This document shows positions 24,821 to 37,905 of a stretch of 64,000 nucleotides of DNA, piece after piece; the stretch's first letter is position 1; each line of letters opens with the position of its first letter. This DNA comes from Chiloscyllium plagiosum (lineage: Eukaryota), in the NCBI RefSeq assembly GCF_004010195.1, contig NC_057723.1, positions 47,146,532 through 47,210,531 of the forward strand, read 5' to 3'. Both the position numbers and the translations under genes were made by a program. The notes beneath the pieces were generated by a model. That model saw only the letters and a list, made by a program, of their open reading frames with translations, was not told the origin of the DNA and did not search any database.

Positions 24821-26137
24821 CAAACTCAAAATCCCATAGAGAGGTTTGTTTTGGTTCAGAGTACAATATGGCACCAGAACTTATCTATTTCTTTACTTAT
24901 AGTTAAATGATTAGCTTTTGTTTTCAGGAAAATGTTAAACTGTGCATTGAATTTATGTAACAATATGACACCCAGATGCATAATTTATTTTGCAGGGAAC
25001 TGTAGTATGTGCAGTCAAACCAAATTTGCATCTCACCATGTGTTGGGTTTGCTGCTCCATCCTCTTTGAGTGCAGGAATCTAATCTGAATCATTCACCTC
25101 CTGGGTGAGGAGTGATGAACTTGCTCTTGCTTTTGTTCTATATTCACCCTTTGCCCTCTCAGTTTGTCACAATAAGGTTTGTTTGAACATAGATCTCTCT
25201 TCCTCTCAGACCAAATGAACTTATATTTTCAGAGGAGCCAAGTTAAACATGTTTTTTTGAATTAACAAAGAGGATGAATTTATTAATTACCGCAAGGAAG
25301 AAGAAATGCTATCAAAACACACAGATTAGAAATAAATGGTGATTTGTAAAGATATAAGTTTAAAAAGCAACCAGACCTATGAATTAGTCTTGGAATTGTT
25401 CAAAAGGGTTGATAGCTGAATGTTGCAGTCATTGCTATGGAGGTTAATGACAATGTTGGCATTTGAATTTGGTCAGTTTCACAACCCTCAACTTTGAAGT
25501 TGATTAAGATTGGATAGTTTTGACTCCTTTTGGTTGTGATTAAATTTAGAATTCAGGGTGCGTGAGACTCATTTTGTTGTCTTGTTTTCCCTTTGGCTGG
25601 TTGCTAGTTAGCTGACTTTGAGCACTGAGAGTGATAGAAATCTTTATGTGCAACACAGGGGTAACTAATAGTTCTGTGACTGTGATCTTCACAGCATCCT
25701 AACACTTGAATCCTTATGGGTGCTCATGAAAATGTTCAGTCCCAATAGCGCACTCCAGTAAAGTTTTTAATCCCTTCAAAGTGAAAAACACAAAATGTGA
25801 CTGCAATTTGGGATATATTCCGCCTGCTGTTAAGAGGGGGTGGAAAACCCCTCGTTATCTCTGTAGTCAGAGGATCACAGTCTAGTCAGTTTTGACTTTC
25901 ACTTTCCCCACTTTTTAAAGGGCTGTTGCTTGAAGTACTCTTTGCATCTATAACACCCATCCTTGTTCTGAGTCAAAAATAAACATAACTAATATTTTGC
26001 GACAGTCAAATGGAGCAATCAGCAGTTGGATTTTTATATAACAAACCCATGGAATTGATTGTTCCCTGAATATTATAATGTTCACTGCATATGAACTTCA
26101 AAAGCATAAAAGGGTATATAAAAGGAAGTGAATTTGG

Positions 26138-26432
26138 GTTGGCATTGTGACTCAGTGGTTAGCACTCCTGTCTCACAGCATTGAGGGCCCAGGTTCAATT
26201 CTACCCTTGGGCAACTGTCTATGTGGAGTTTGCATATTCTCCCCATGTCTGTGTGGGTTTCCTCCTGTAGTCCAAAGATGGCCATGCTAAATTGCCTGTA
26301 GTGTTCAGTGATGTGTAGGTTAGGTGCATTAGTTATGGAAAATGTAGGGTTACAGGGAAAGGGGTGGGATGTCTGAAGGTTGGTGTGGACTTGTTGGGCC
26401 AAATGGCCAGTCTCCACACAGTAGGGATTCTA
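26138..26432 (+). mobile_element. HE1 SINE (older)
   Basis: GACTCAGTGGTTAGCACT...GGTTCAATTC...GGGATTCTAT. Confidence 0.85.
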
Positions 26433-26444
26433 TACAATCAAAAG

Positions 26445-27240
26445 AATTCATCACCTGTGCCACAAGGGTCAGTGTTGGTGGCTCAACTTTTTGCAAGTTA
26501 TATAAATGACTTGGATGAAGGGATCAAAGGTAAATTTGCAAATGATACAAATATTGGTAGGAAAACAAATTGTGAATAGGATATTAGGAAGCTACAGAAG
26601 GACACAGATCAGGTTAATGAAAGGGCAAAGATCTAGCAAATGGAATATAAATGGGGAAATTGTTAAAGTGTCTATTTTTGGCAGGAAGAATGAAAAAAAA
26701 GCATGTTATCTTACCAGTGAGAAATTGCAGAGTTCTGAGATGCAGGAGGTCTTGGGTGTCCCAGTGTGTGAACGGCAAAAAGTTAGTGTGAAGGTGGAAC
26801 AACTATACAGGAAAGCTGAATGATGTTATCATTTATTGCCAGACCTGTACTTGCTGAAGTTTAGAACAGAAACAGGTGGCTTGATTGAACAATGTAAGAT
26901 TCTGAGCAGTCTTGACTGGGTGAATATGAAAATAATTTTTTTGTCTTTTGAGAGAAGCTAGAACTAGGGATCTCTATTTTAAAATAAAAATATCGCCAAG
27001 ATAGAGGAGGGAAGAAAATCTTTCTCATGGAAGGTTGAGTGTCAAAAGACAGTGGAAGCAAAGTTTTTTTTTAAGGCTGAGGTAGATTCTTGATAAGCAA
27101 GAGAGAGGGGGTTGAACGATTGTTGTGAATCGGCAGGAATGTGGAGTAGTCAGATCAGATCGCCCTTGATCTTAATGCATAGTGAAGTAGGCTTTTGGGA
27201 CTAAGTCACCTACTCCTATTCCTAATTCATATGTTCGCAT
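26445..27240 (+). mobile_element. CR1 LINE fragment, RT to 3' end
   Basis: PVPQGSVLVAQLFASYINDLDEGI.GKFANDTNIG (CR1 QGSVLGP..F..YINDL..KFADDTK). Confidence 0.85.
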
Positions 27241-27289
27241 TGTCATGGCCAATGGTTAAAAATTCAAAATACTGTGGGCATTTTTCGCT

Positions 27290-27930
27290 TGGCAATAAAC
27301 AATAGCATCAACTTTCCTGTAATTCCAAAACGTCTTTTTTGTAAAGAGGCCGCAGTGTAAACAATTCCAGCCTGGCTGTATAGAGGTGTGTTGCCACCTC
27401 TGATGGTTCTAAACAGCTGGTGGGACAGGATATGACTTGGGATAGTGTTGCTGCTGTCTGGGATATTGTGTGTAAAATATGATTCCATGAATACGACTGT
27501 GTCAAGCTGTTGCTCAACCGGGTGCTCCGGTTTCCTCCCACAGTCCAAAGATGTGCAGGTCAGGTGAATTGGCCATGCTAAATTGCCCATAGTGTTAGGT
27601 AAGGAGTAAATGTAGGGGTATGGGTGGGTTGCGCTTCGGCGGGTCGGTGTGGACTTGTTGGGCCGAAGGACCTGTTTCCACACTGTAATGTAATCTAATC
27701 TAATCTAATGTGTAAGACAGCTCTTCCAATTTTAGCACAAACCACCAGATGTTGGTAAGGAGGACTCTGCAGGGGCAAAAGAGGTGAGTTTGTTGTTTCT
27801 GATACTTGCATTAATGCCAGATGGTTTGTCTAATTATGTTCCTTTTTTCGAGATTTTTTAGAGGTTGGTAGAACTGAATGACTTGCTAGATGATTTCAGA
27901 GAGCATTGTTGGAGTCAAACTGCATTGCTG
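27290..27930 (-). mobile_element. CR1-group LINE endonuclease fragment interrupted by a 5'-truncated HE1 (27518-27708, plus strand)
   Basis: TVVFMESYFTHNIPD..TIPSHILSH..RTIRGGNTPLY resembles the APE N-terminus; the HE1 3' half has a TAATC tail. Confidence 0.65.
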
Positions 27931-28645
27931 CAAGGTTTTCAATGGGTCGCTCAAAACGGTTAGAGCAGTTCTGGGGTCACAATTGATTGGAGAAGAGGAC
28001 AGTTAGCAACGGAAGTAGAATAGAACTATTTAGTCGGACTGCTGAAAAAACAACCGAAACACGCTGCGTAAGTGCAATTCAGGATTCAGTGAGAAATCAA
28101 AAGCGGTTGGATACCTCTTTGCTGTTAGAACTCTGAATAATTCTGGGAGATACCAGAAACTAAGCTAGGGCTCCAGAAAAGTTTTAGAAGCCATTGGGGC
28201 TCAGAAAGAGCTGTATACCAACTGTACTTGAGTGCAACTGAGAGTGAGGATGAAGAAACATATAAGCAGTTTTAAGTTTTGAAGCTGAACCAGATTAGTG
28301 TTTAGGAAGCAAATCGAGTGGCAAAATTGTCTCTGTGAGGGCCACTGTTAGCAAATATTTGAATGTGTGTCTATGAGAAAGTGATAGAGTGCAGGTTCCA
28401 GAAATCCAGGAGAATGCAGGGAGGGTGGGCCATAAGGATATAAACAGTCATTGAGGTTGTTCATGCTGGACAATTCTTGAGGGAGTTTCATGGGTCAGGC
28501 TGACAAAAGCGATGAACTTGCTCATTTGCAAGTTTAAATGAGATTTGGAGACCGACATTATCAGCAATGTCTCGTTGGAATTGCTAAGAAATCTGTGGGA
28601 TATATCTTGAACACATTTGCTGAGAGTATTCAACCATAGTTTGTC

Positions 28646-29002
28646 TTTTTTTTAATTCATTCATGGGATGAGGACGTCACTGGCCAAGCCAGCATTTATT
28701 GCCCATCCCTAATTACCCAGAGAGCAGATGAGATTCAATGACATTGCTGTGGGTCTGGAGTCACATTTAGACCAGACCAGGTAAGGATGGCAGTTTCCTT
28801 CCCTGAAAAACAGTTGTGAACCAGATAAGTTTTTCTAACAATTGACAATGGATTCACAGTTATCATTAGACTCTTATTTCCAGATTTTACTGAGTTCAAA
28901 TTACACCATCTGCTGTGGCAGGATTTGAACCTGGGTCTTCAGAACATTACCTGGGTGTCTGGATTAATAGCCGAGCAATAATACCACCAGGCAGTTGGCT
29001 CT
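28646..29002 (-). mobile_element. Full-length tRNA-derived SINE sharing its 3' end with the LINE at 56515-57345
   Basis: Reverse complement has B-box GGTTCAAATCC and tail GGGATGGGCAATAAATGCTGGC...CCCATGAATGAAT plus poly-A. Confidence 0.8.
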
Positions 29003-29479
29003 CTATAATCTGCTCCCCATATTTGCCTCATGGTAATTCTAGAATGTTACACAAAAGTCATATTTATCTTTGCAAAGTCTATTTTTTTGTCAATCATCTT
29101 TACATGTTTGCTTGAGTAACCTTTTATTTGTAATAAATTCATTATTCTTTATGTAAGGAAACATGGCTGAATTGTTTATAATAGGAAATCAGTTACAGTC
29201 TGAGGCCTATACATTGATTAAATTTGCAATTATTGTGAGTATTGTTGGTGTGGGACAAGAAGGGAAACAGTGCATCCCTCCATTCTCCAACATAACACAA
29301 ACAATTTGTTACCTGTTGCCAACCAGAAAATTGTCCATTTATGTTTACTATTTCCTATTAGCTAGCTAGTCTTTCAATCATGTTAATCTGTTGCCCAACT
29401 TCCATTTTAAAATTATGTGACATAATTACATTTAACATGACCCCAACTCCATTCAAGTCTATTACATCACAGATCTGGT

Positions 29480-30200
29480 TCTTTCTCTGTTCTCCTATAA
29501 TACGTTCTCTTTAGACGTTCTCTGGGTCTGAAGACTGTTCATATTGATTCTTCTGACGGTGAGAGCTTCAAAAGTCCCTTTTAAACCGAAGGACTTTTAA
29601 TTCCTTGAAATTCGTTTGGAGGAGGACATCTCCCTGCTGAAACAGGCAATTGTTCCTATCCAATATTGGAAGATCTTTAATCTTGTACCTTTCCTTTGTG
29701 GAGAAAGGCTGCCTTGTTACTGCAGTATCCTGAATTTCCAAATCAGACATTTTCTGCTTTACAATATGCTGGATCATTGAAGATTGGTCAACACCTCTTA
29801 GTGGTTGCTGGCATAGAGTTGTATACACATCATTTTCAATATGTATCAGCAAATGTTTCTCCCAATATGGTGGTAAATCTGTGTTGAAGTAAGACAACGT
29901 ATTAGTTCATGTATTGATCAGTTTAGATACTTTCATTCACCCTCAGTGATTACATTATTGGTCAACATTTACACTTGCTTGATCCTGCTTTTTGAGGATT
30001 GCTTCTTGCTTGGAAGGATCTCTGACACTTTTACTGAGTATCTATTCTCTCTTGGAATACTTATTATTTCTCTTTCATTATGGAAGGTTCTTTCTCATTA
30101 ACTTCTTTGCGTGAATAGGTACTTAACAACTTGGTTTTCTGAGACTGTGTTCAGCCTCTGCACATGTTCTGAAAATGAACTGTTGTGTGGCAGATTAATC
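29480..30200 (-). pseudogene. Possible ancient non-LTR RT fossil (R4/Dong-like)
   Basis: RGVDQSSMIQHIV...LFQQGDVL loosely matches RG.KDQL.I...GIFQGDSL; spacing is too short and decay is heavy. Confidence 0.3.
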
Positions 30201-30360
30201 ATTCACCTTTAAAAACTGGGCACTATTTAGAAGCTTTTTAAGAACAATGACACGAAGCAGCCTCCATAACTATTTTTCTCAGCAGTTGTAGACAATACAG
30301 AATTGTTGCATCTGGACCTTGCTGTCATTGTGATCAACTGAATTGAATGTTGTAGATGCA

Positions 30361-30585
30361 GGGAGGGAGAAAGTGAGGACTGCAGATGCTGGAGAGTCAG
30401 AGTCAAAGTGTGGCACTGAAAAAGCACAGCAGGTCAGTCAGCATCTGAGGAGCAGGAGAGTTGACATTTTGGGCATAAGCCCTTCATCAGTCCTGATACA
30501 GAAATTATGCCCGAATCGTCAACTCTCCTACTCCTCAGATGCTGCTTGACCTGCTGTGCTTTTCCAGTGCCACACTTTTTGACTC
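30361..30585 (-). mobile_element. Penelope-derived fold-back element with back-to-back decayed hammerheads
   Basis: Arms about 30398-30490 / 30493-30587; TSD TGTTGTAGATGCA at 30348-30360 and 30586-30598. Confidence 0.92.
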
Positions 30586-30599
30586 TGTTGTAGATGCAC

Positions 30600-31410
30600 T
30601 TCAGAGAAAACTGATCAATATTTGAGGTAGGTTAGAGCATAAGCTGATGGAGTTATATGAAGTAGGATGGATGGAAGCTGTATGGTGCATAAATATCGCT
30701 AAATACCAGCTAGGACAAACTGTCTTTACTATGCTGCATATTCTATGTAATCCAATACATAGAAAAGGGCCATTTAGCTATATTATGTGGAAAAAAGAGG
30801 GAACTTGGATTTTTGCATGGAATATAAAACAGATATTACAGCAACTATGTAGTATGTTGGTAAGACCCTATTTGATGTACTATGCATAAATTTGAGCTCC
30901 TGATATGAAAAAAATTGTTTTAGAAATAGTTCAGAGAAAGTACACTAAATTGATTCCTGGGATAAAAGACTTATCTTATGAAGAAAGATTGAACATGTCA
31001 GGTCTATATTCCCTATAGTTTAGAAGAGTGGAGTACTATTTTGTTGAAACATATCAGATTTTGAGGTATTAAGCAAGGTAGATATTGAGAGAATATTGCC
31101 TCTTGGGTGAGAGTAAAACAAAAAACATAATTTAAGAGTAAGAGAACTCCCTTTGAATACAGAGATGAGGAGGATTCCTTTCCCCTCTGAGGGTAGTGAG
31201 AGTGTAGAATTCTCTTCCCCAGCAGGGGAAAGTTTTAAACTTATTGAAGTCTGTGTTAGATAAGTTTCTAATAGACAAGCAAGTCAAAGTTATAGGGTGT
31301 GGACAGGAAAGTGGAGCAGAGGCAACAACCACATCAATAATGATCTTATTGAATGGTGGAACAGACTTAAATGGCCTAATGACCAGTCTCTGCTCCTAAG
31401 TTCCATGTTA
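30600..31410 (+). mobile_element. Two old CR1 3' fragments
   Basis: ILQQLCSMLVRPYL.Y, SYEERL-like codons, CR1 tail ending CTCCTAAGTTCCATGTT. Confidence 0.75.
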
Positions 31411-31888
31411 CCATACCATGCTTGCATATAAGAAAGAAAAAAACTTTTTTAAAAGTGAAACCTTGGAGGATCCTATTGTGTACTTCCCTCAATGCAGCAA
31501 AACATCAGATTATCAGTAGTCACTTCCACCAGTTCCTCACTCAATCATGTACCCAATTTACCATCATCCACTTAACTTCGTACTTTCCTTTTCCAAATAA
31601 TTTGCTAATATGACATTTAAAATGTATTTGTTAAAGTCCAGAAAAGTATTTTTGAGTTAATTACCTTCATTAACAATCTCTGAACCTCATTGAAGAACTA
31701 AGATCTAAGATCGAAAATGGCGGCGATCTGAGAAGGTCGTACTGCAGAGCCTCGCATCATAGCAGGAATGGGACGGTCCTTTAACCCGCCCAACCCAGAT
31801 CATCGGGATTTCTTGGAACTCTGGAAAGATTGTGGAGTCCCAGGAAACATCTAAAAATTAACTTACCTGTATTTTTAGCCGTCCAGAA

Positions 31889-32704
31889 ATGCCGAAAAAG
31901 GGAGGAGGAGCATCCGAGGCCGGGCCTGCAGTTCAGCCTGCAGCAGCCTTGAAGCCAATTACTCTCCAGGGCCTGATGAACCAGCTCTTGAAATCTCGCG
32001 AGATGCTGGGGAAACGGGTTGAAGAGAAGCTGGCTCCAATCTCCCTCATGCTGCAGAAGCATGAGCAGCAGCTGGGAGACTTGGAGAAGAGGACGGATGA
32101 GGTGGAGCACAGTGTCACAGTGGTGGAAGCAGATGCCAGTTCATTCAAGGATGAGATCCAAGCCCTGAAGATGCAGGTTTATAATTTGCGTGACCAAGCA
32201 GATGATCATTGAAAACAGGGGCAGGAGAAAAACATTCGGATCATCGGTCTGCCTGAGGGTAAGGAAGGTGAGCGGCCTGTGGAATTTGTTGAGGACTGGC
32301 TGCCGAAATTTCTTGACTCGGAGACTGGCATGAGAGGATTGAAGACAGAGAGGGCTCACCGGGTCGCAGCACAGAGATCGGGTCTGGGTCAATGTCTTCG
32401 TCCTCTCCTGGTGTGGTTCCATCATTACCGGGATAAGCAGAGAGTCATGGAGGGTTCCAGGGTCCAGGGGAAGGATCCAAAGGCCCTAATTTACGAGGGA
32501 TCTAAGATCATGTTTTTCCAGGACTTTTCAGCGGCGGTGATCCAGAAACGAAAATCTTACCTTGGTGTCAAGAGAAAACTGAGAGAGCTTGGGATTTAGT
32601 ACTCTCTGAGATATCTGGCAGTGCTTTGGATCACTTTAGATGGATCCATTCATCTCTTTAACACATCGGAGAAGGCAAGATACTTTGTGGACAAACTAAC
32701 CTAA
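31889..32704 (+). pseudogene. L1 ORF1p (coiled coil, RRM, CTD), frameshifted
   Basis: Heptad region, ENRGRRKNIRIIGLPEG after a frameshift near 32210, ERAHR, FFQDFS..KRK; in-frame stop at 32597-32599. Confidence 0.9.
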
Positions 32705-33082
32705 TTTGAACAATTGTAGCATGTATAAATAGTATTGCTTGGGTATGTGTTTATCATTCTGTAAAAGAAACGGAGGGAATCTGGTTGTAGTTTTATTTTT
32801 CTTTCTTTTCTTCTATTGATAATTATTTGGTTTAAACTATGTCTGACAGTGGTTAAGATGTACATTTTCAATTTCTAAGTTAGGATATACCAAAGGATGG
32901 GTGGGGTATTTATTTCCCCTTTTTTTCATAAAATAATCTTTTAACAAATTTTGTAGATTTGTTAAATGTAATGGTTTTAGTTTATGTAGTTTTTATATTT
33001 GGTGGATCATGTGACACTAAGGCTCAGCAGTTTGTGGTTCAGGCTCCTCCTGTCTAGAATTTAAATATAATTGCAGAAGACT

Positions 33083-36000
33083 ATGGCTAATGATTTGAGT
33101 AAATGGTGTACCTAGAATATCAAGGGATGTCACTCACCAATTAAGAGGAAGATGGTACTCTTGAGTCTTAGAAAGGAGAAGGTGGATATTGCTTTGTTAC
33201 AGTAGACACATTTGGATGACAAGGAGCATCTGAAATTACAGCAGAATGGCTTTGACCGAGTTTATCTTTCATCGTTTAATACCAGAAGTAGGGGGGTAGC
33301 TACATTGATCAGAAAAATCTCCCATTTAAATTGTTGGAATGTGTTAAAGACACACACGGGAGGTTTGTAATTCTTAAAGCCTTGATAAATGGGGAAGAAT
33401 ACAGTGTTTTAAATGTTTATTGTGCCCCAGCTCATCCCCTTAAATTTTTGGTAGATGCATTTTCTAAACTGATATGTCTCGAATCCCAGCACATCATTAT
33501 AGGGGGAGATTTTAACTGTCTCATGGACCCCACAGTAGACAGGTTGCCCAAAGGTCCCTTGATACCCTCTGTACAAACTAAACAGTTAGTGGGTCTGTGT
33601 GGGGAGTTAGTGTTGGTGGACGTCTGGAAGCGTCTCCGCCCTACAGGTAGGAATTTTACGTTTTTCTCCAATCCGCACAGATGTCACACCAGGATTGATT
33701 TTTTTCTGACCCCTGCGGTAACCCTGGATTTGGTGGCATCTTATACGATTGGTAATATTACCATCGCTGATCATGGTCCAGTGTACCAAATGGTTAAGAT
33801 TAAGGACATTGGCGAATGGACCCCTTTATTCTCATGGACAGTAAGTTTGTGGAGTAGTTCTCGAGGGAATTTCGGGCGTTCCTAGACATTAACATAGGCT
33901 CGGTTGATAGCTCATCCGTTCTCTGGGAAACTGCCAAAGCTTATGCTGGGGGTTAGTTATTTCATATTCCATCAGTTGGAAGCGGTAGAAGGATGAGCAG
34001 CAATGTCTCCTTGAAGCACGGTTGAAGGCAGCCGAGAAGGCCTACTTTGGCAGACTCTCGTTGGTCAAACTACAGAGGATTATGGCACTGTGGTCTGCAT
34101 TGAATTCTGTGCTCACGCAGACGGCAAAGAAGGAGCTGTCTTTTGCAAATCAAGGGTTACATCTGCATGGTGACAGGCCAGGCAAATACTTAGCGTATCT
34201 CGCCAGAAAGAGGAGTGCCCCACAAACCATTATGGTGATTAGGGAAGGGTCTGGGAACCTAACATGTGATTCTAAAAAGATTAATGTGGCGTTCCAGAGA
34301 TTTTACTCTAAGTTATACCAATCTGAGGATTGTGAAGAGGGGCAGGCCAAAATGGAATCCTTTTTTAGAGATCTGAAGCTCCCGGGTGCGACTCCCGAAT
34401 AACAGTCCTTTCTCAATGCCCCGTTATCAGAGCAAGAAGTGCAGGAAGCTGTGAGGCAGCTTCAGAGTGGAAAGACGCCTGGTTCTGATGGACTTCCCAG
34501 TGAATTCTATCAGGAATTTATAAATATACTGTCAGGCCCGATGCTGAATATGTTTAATGATTCATACAGTCATGATTGCCTCCCACCATCTCTGAGAGAG
34601 GCCAATATTTCACTTACCCTTAAAAAAGGAAGGACCTGAAAGACTGTGCTTCATACAGGCCCATCTCGCTCTTAAATATAGACTTTAAAATCCTTTCTAT
34701 GGCTCTTGCATTAAGGCTGGAGACTGTGTTATCTTCTATTCTTAAAGAGGATCAGATGGGCTTTATAAAGGGTCGCAGATAGTCATAGAGTCATAGAGAT
34801 GTACAGCATGGAAACAGACCCTTTGGTCCAACCCGTCCATGCCGACCAGATATTCCAACCCACCTGCCAGCACCCGGCCCATATCCCTCCAAAACCTTCC
34901 TATTCATATACTCATCCAAATGCCTCTTAAATGTTGCAATTGTACCAGCCTCCACCACTTCTTCTGGCAGCTCATTCCATACATGTACCACTCTCTGTAT
35001 GAAAAGGTTGCCCCGTAGGTCTCTTTTACATTTTTCCCCTCTCGCCCTAAACCTATGCCCTCTAGTTCTGGACTCCCCAACCCCAGAGAAAAGACTTTGC
35101 CTATTTATCCTATCCATGCCCCTCATAATTTTGTAAACCTCTATAAGGTCACCCCTCAGCCTCCGAAGCTCCAGGGAAAACTAATAATGTTAGGAGGCTG
35201 CTTAACGTAATTCAAGCATGCCAACAGCAGTTAATACAGGGATTGGTGATTTCTCTAGATGCAGGGAAGGCATTTCACCGAGTTGAGTGGCCGTACCTTT
35301 GCTATACTCTTGAGCGGTTTGGTTTGGCCAAAATGGGTAAAGGTTCTCTACGGTGTACCTCTCGCAGCGGTCATTACTAATGGGGTATGATCAAGCAATT
35401 TTAATATTTTTGGGGGAAGGCGGCCCTTTCACCATTACTTTTTATGTTGGCGATTGAACGATTGGCGGAGGCCATTCGTAGGGATCCCAATATATCAGCT
35501 CCAGAGGTAGGGGCAAAAATACATAAGATCTCGTTGTATACAGACAATTTTCTAATTTCTTTGACAAATCCAGCAGTTTCAGTACCTCGCCTGATACAAT
35601 GCATTCACGCGTTTGGCGCTTCTTCAGGGTACAATATTAATTTTGCTAAATCAGAGGCTATGCCTATGGGTAGTCTTACGAAGGAGCTGACTCTTGAGAG
35701 CGACTATAGATTCCTACTTAGGTGGTCACAGTGGGGTTTTGTGTATTTGGGCATATTCATCACTCCAGTTCTGGATCGGCTGTTTGAAGCCAATTTCACT
35801 CATTTATTTGGACATTTTAAACAAAATCTTCAAAGATGGGAGGCACTTCCAGTCTCGTGGTTGGGTCAGATAGCATTTATTAAGATGAATATTCTCCCTC
35901 ATTTGCTATACGCTATACGGATGTTTCCCCTGATTTTCAATAAACAAACACTCAGGAGACTGAATGACTGGTTCAACTCCTTTATTTGGCATCGTAAGCG

Positions 36001-37234
36001 GCCCTTCATTAAATTAGCCAAACTGCAGTTGCCTCACAGACTGGGGGGAGTGGACCTTCCAGACATTAAAATGATCAATTAAGCTTGCTTTTGATCTACC
36101 TGAGTGATTGGGTTTGTGGGGATCCTCTTACAATATGGCTAGATATCGAAGCCTCCCAGGCAAGGTGCCCCCTTACCAGTTCGCTGATTTTGGACAAGAT
36201 GAGGACAGTTAGAGAATATTGCCATTATCCAATAGTCATCAATACTGTTAAAGCATGGAGGGCAATTTGGCAGAGGGAAGGCAATATTGGCAAAACATCT
36301 TTTTTTACACTTTTAGTGGGTATGCTGGGTTTTCAACCGGGTATGATAGATTCAGGATTTAAACGTTGGGCAGCTGGGGTGTCTTGCATGGGCGATTTAT
36401 TTGAGGGGGGCGTAATGATGTCCTTTGATCAGTTAGTATGGAAGTATGAGTTATCTAATAGAAACCTCTTTAATTTTTTTCAAGTTAGGGATTTTGTTCA
36501 AAAAAAGTCCACACTTTTGACTGATCCCTGCAAATCCAACATAGAGAGAGGGATGCTAAGGGCTAAGAGTACACTCTCTGTCAATACTTTATATCATCAG
36601 GTAGGGGGTGCCACTTCAGATGAGTCTGATCAACTCTGCAAGATGTGGGAAAGAGAGCTGGGTGTTGAAGTTTCCTCAGAGGCATGAGAGGATGCTAGGA
36701 AGATATCAATTTGCAATAGGACCCATGCTTTACAGTTGAAGATTCTCCACAGGGTCCACTTGGCTCCGGATCATTTGTCAAAATTTAAACCATGGGTATC
36801 TTCAACATGTCCCAAGTACAAGGTCTGTACGGGCACTCTTACCCATTGTCTTTGGTCTTGCGATAGGCTTCAAACATATTGGAATGCTGTGGTGGGTGCA
36901 ATGAAGAGGATTTTGGGTGTAGGGGTGGAGAAGGACCCTATCTCTCTCCTTTTGGGTCTGCCCACTGTATTTCCTGCAGACGTGCATAAGAATAAACTTT
37001 TCAATATTCTCATGTTCTGTGCAAGAAAGAATATCTTGCTAGGTTGGATATCCTAACCCCCCACTCCCAGGCCTGTCGGGTTGGCGGAAGATTGTTATGG
37101 AGCATATTCCCCTGGATTTTCTCACAAATATGGTCCACCACAAAACTGAGAATTTTTACAAGACATGGCAGCTCTTTTTGGAATACCTTGACACAGATTT
37201 ATCTGCCACAGTAACAAGGACTTTTTTTATATAG
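33083..37234 (+). pseudogene. L1 ORF2p (APE endonuclease, RT, C-terminal CCHC), multiply disrupted
   Basis: NVYCAP, IIGGDFN, TRIDFFL, ADH, GKTPGSDGLPSEFY, YRPISLLN, SLYTDN (YADD position), GGVDLPD, CPKY...LTHCLWSC. Confidence 0.92.
34780..35180 (-). mobile_element. HER1/CR1 3' fragment inserted in the L1 RT domain
   Basis: RTRGHRF..QRVVHVWNELPEEVV; splits the L1 sequence GFIKGRR / NNVRRLL. Confidence 0.93.
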
Positions 37235-37237
37235 CCA

Positions 37238-37905
37238 ATAGACAATAGACAATAGGTGCAGGAGTAGGCCATTCTGCCCTTCGAACCAGCACCACCATTC
37301 ATTATGGCTGATCATCCTCAATCAGTATTCTGTTCCTACCTTATCCCCATAACCTTTGATTCCACTATCCTTGCGAGCTCTTTCCAACTCGTTCTTGAAA
37401 GTATCCAGAGACTTGGCCTCCACAGCCTTCTGGGGCAGAGCATTCCATACACCAACCACTCTCTGGGTGAAGAAGTTTCTCCTCAACTCTATTCTAAATG
37501 GCCTATCCCTTATTTTTAAACTGTGTCCTCTGGTTTGGGACTCACCCATCAGCGGAAACATGCTTCCTGCCTTCAGAGTGTCCAATCCTTTAATAATCTT
37601 ATACGTCTCAATCAGATCCCCTCTCAGCCTTCTAAACTCAAGCGTATACAAGCCCAGTCGCTCCAATCTTTCAGCGTAAGATAGTCCCGCCATTCAGGGA
37701 ATTGACCTCGTGAACCTATGCTGCACTCCCTCCATAGCCAGAATGTCTTTCCTCAAATTTGGAGACCAAAACTGCACACAATATTCCAGGTGCGGTCTCA
37801 CCAGGGCCCTGTACAGCTGCAGAAGGATCTCTTTGCTTCTATACTCAATTCCTCTTGTTATGAAGGCCAACATGCCATTAGCTTTCTTCACTGATTGAAG
37901 AAAGC
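37238..37905 (-). mobile_element. CR1 3' fragment inserted at the L1 ORF2/3' UTR boundary
   Basis: LYRALVRPHLEYCVQFWSP, SYAERLERLGL, FFTQRVV; (CTATTGT)n tail. Confidence 0.93.

Noticed and set aside
25041-29297. Solo LTR candidates (25041-25693 and about 27930-29297; also near 14.2, 15.1, 44 and 52.5 kb)
   Set aside because: Ends resemble TG...CA, but no TSD, primer site or second copy could be shown.
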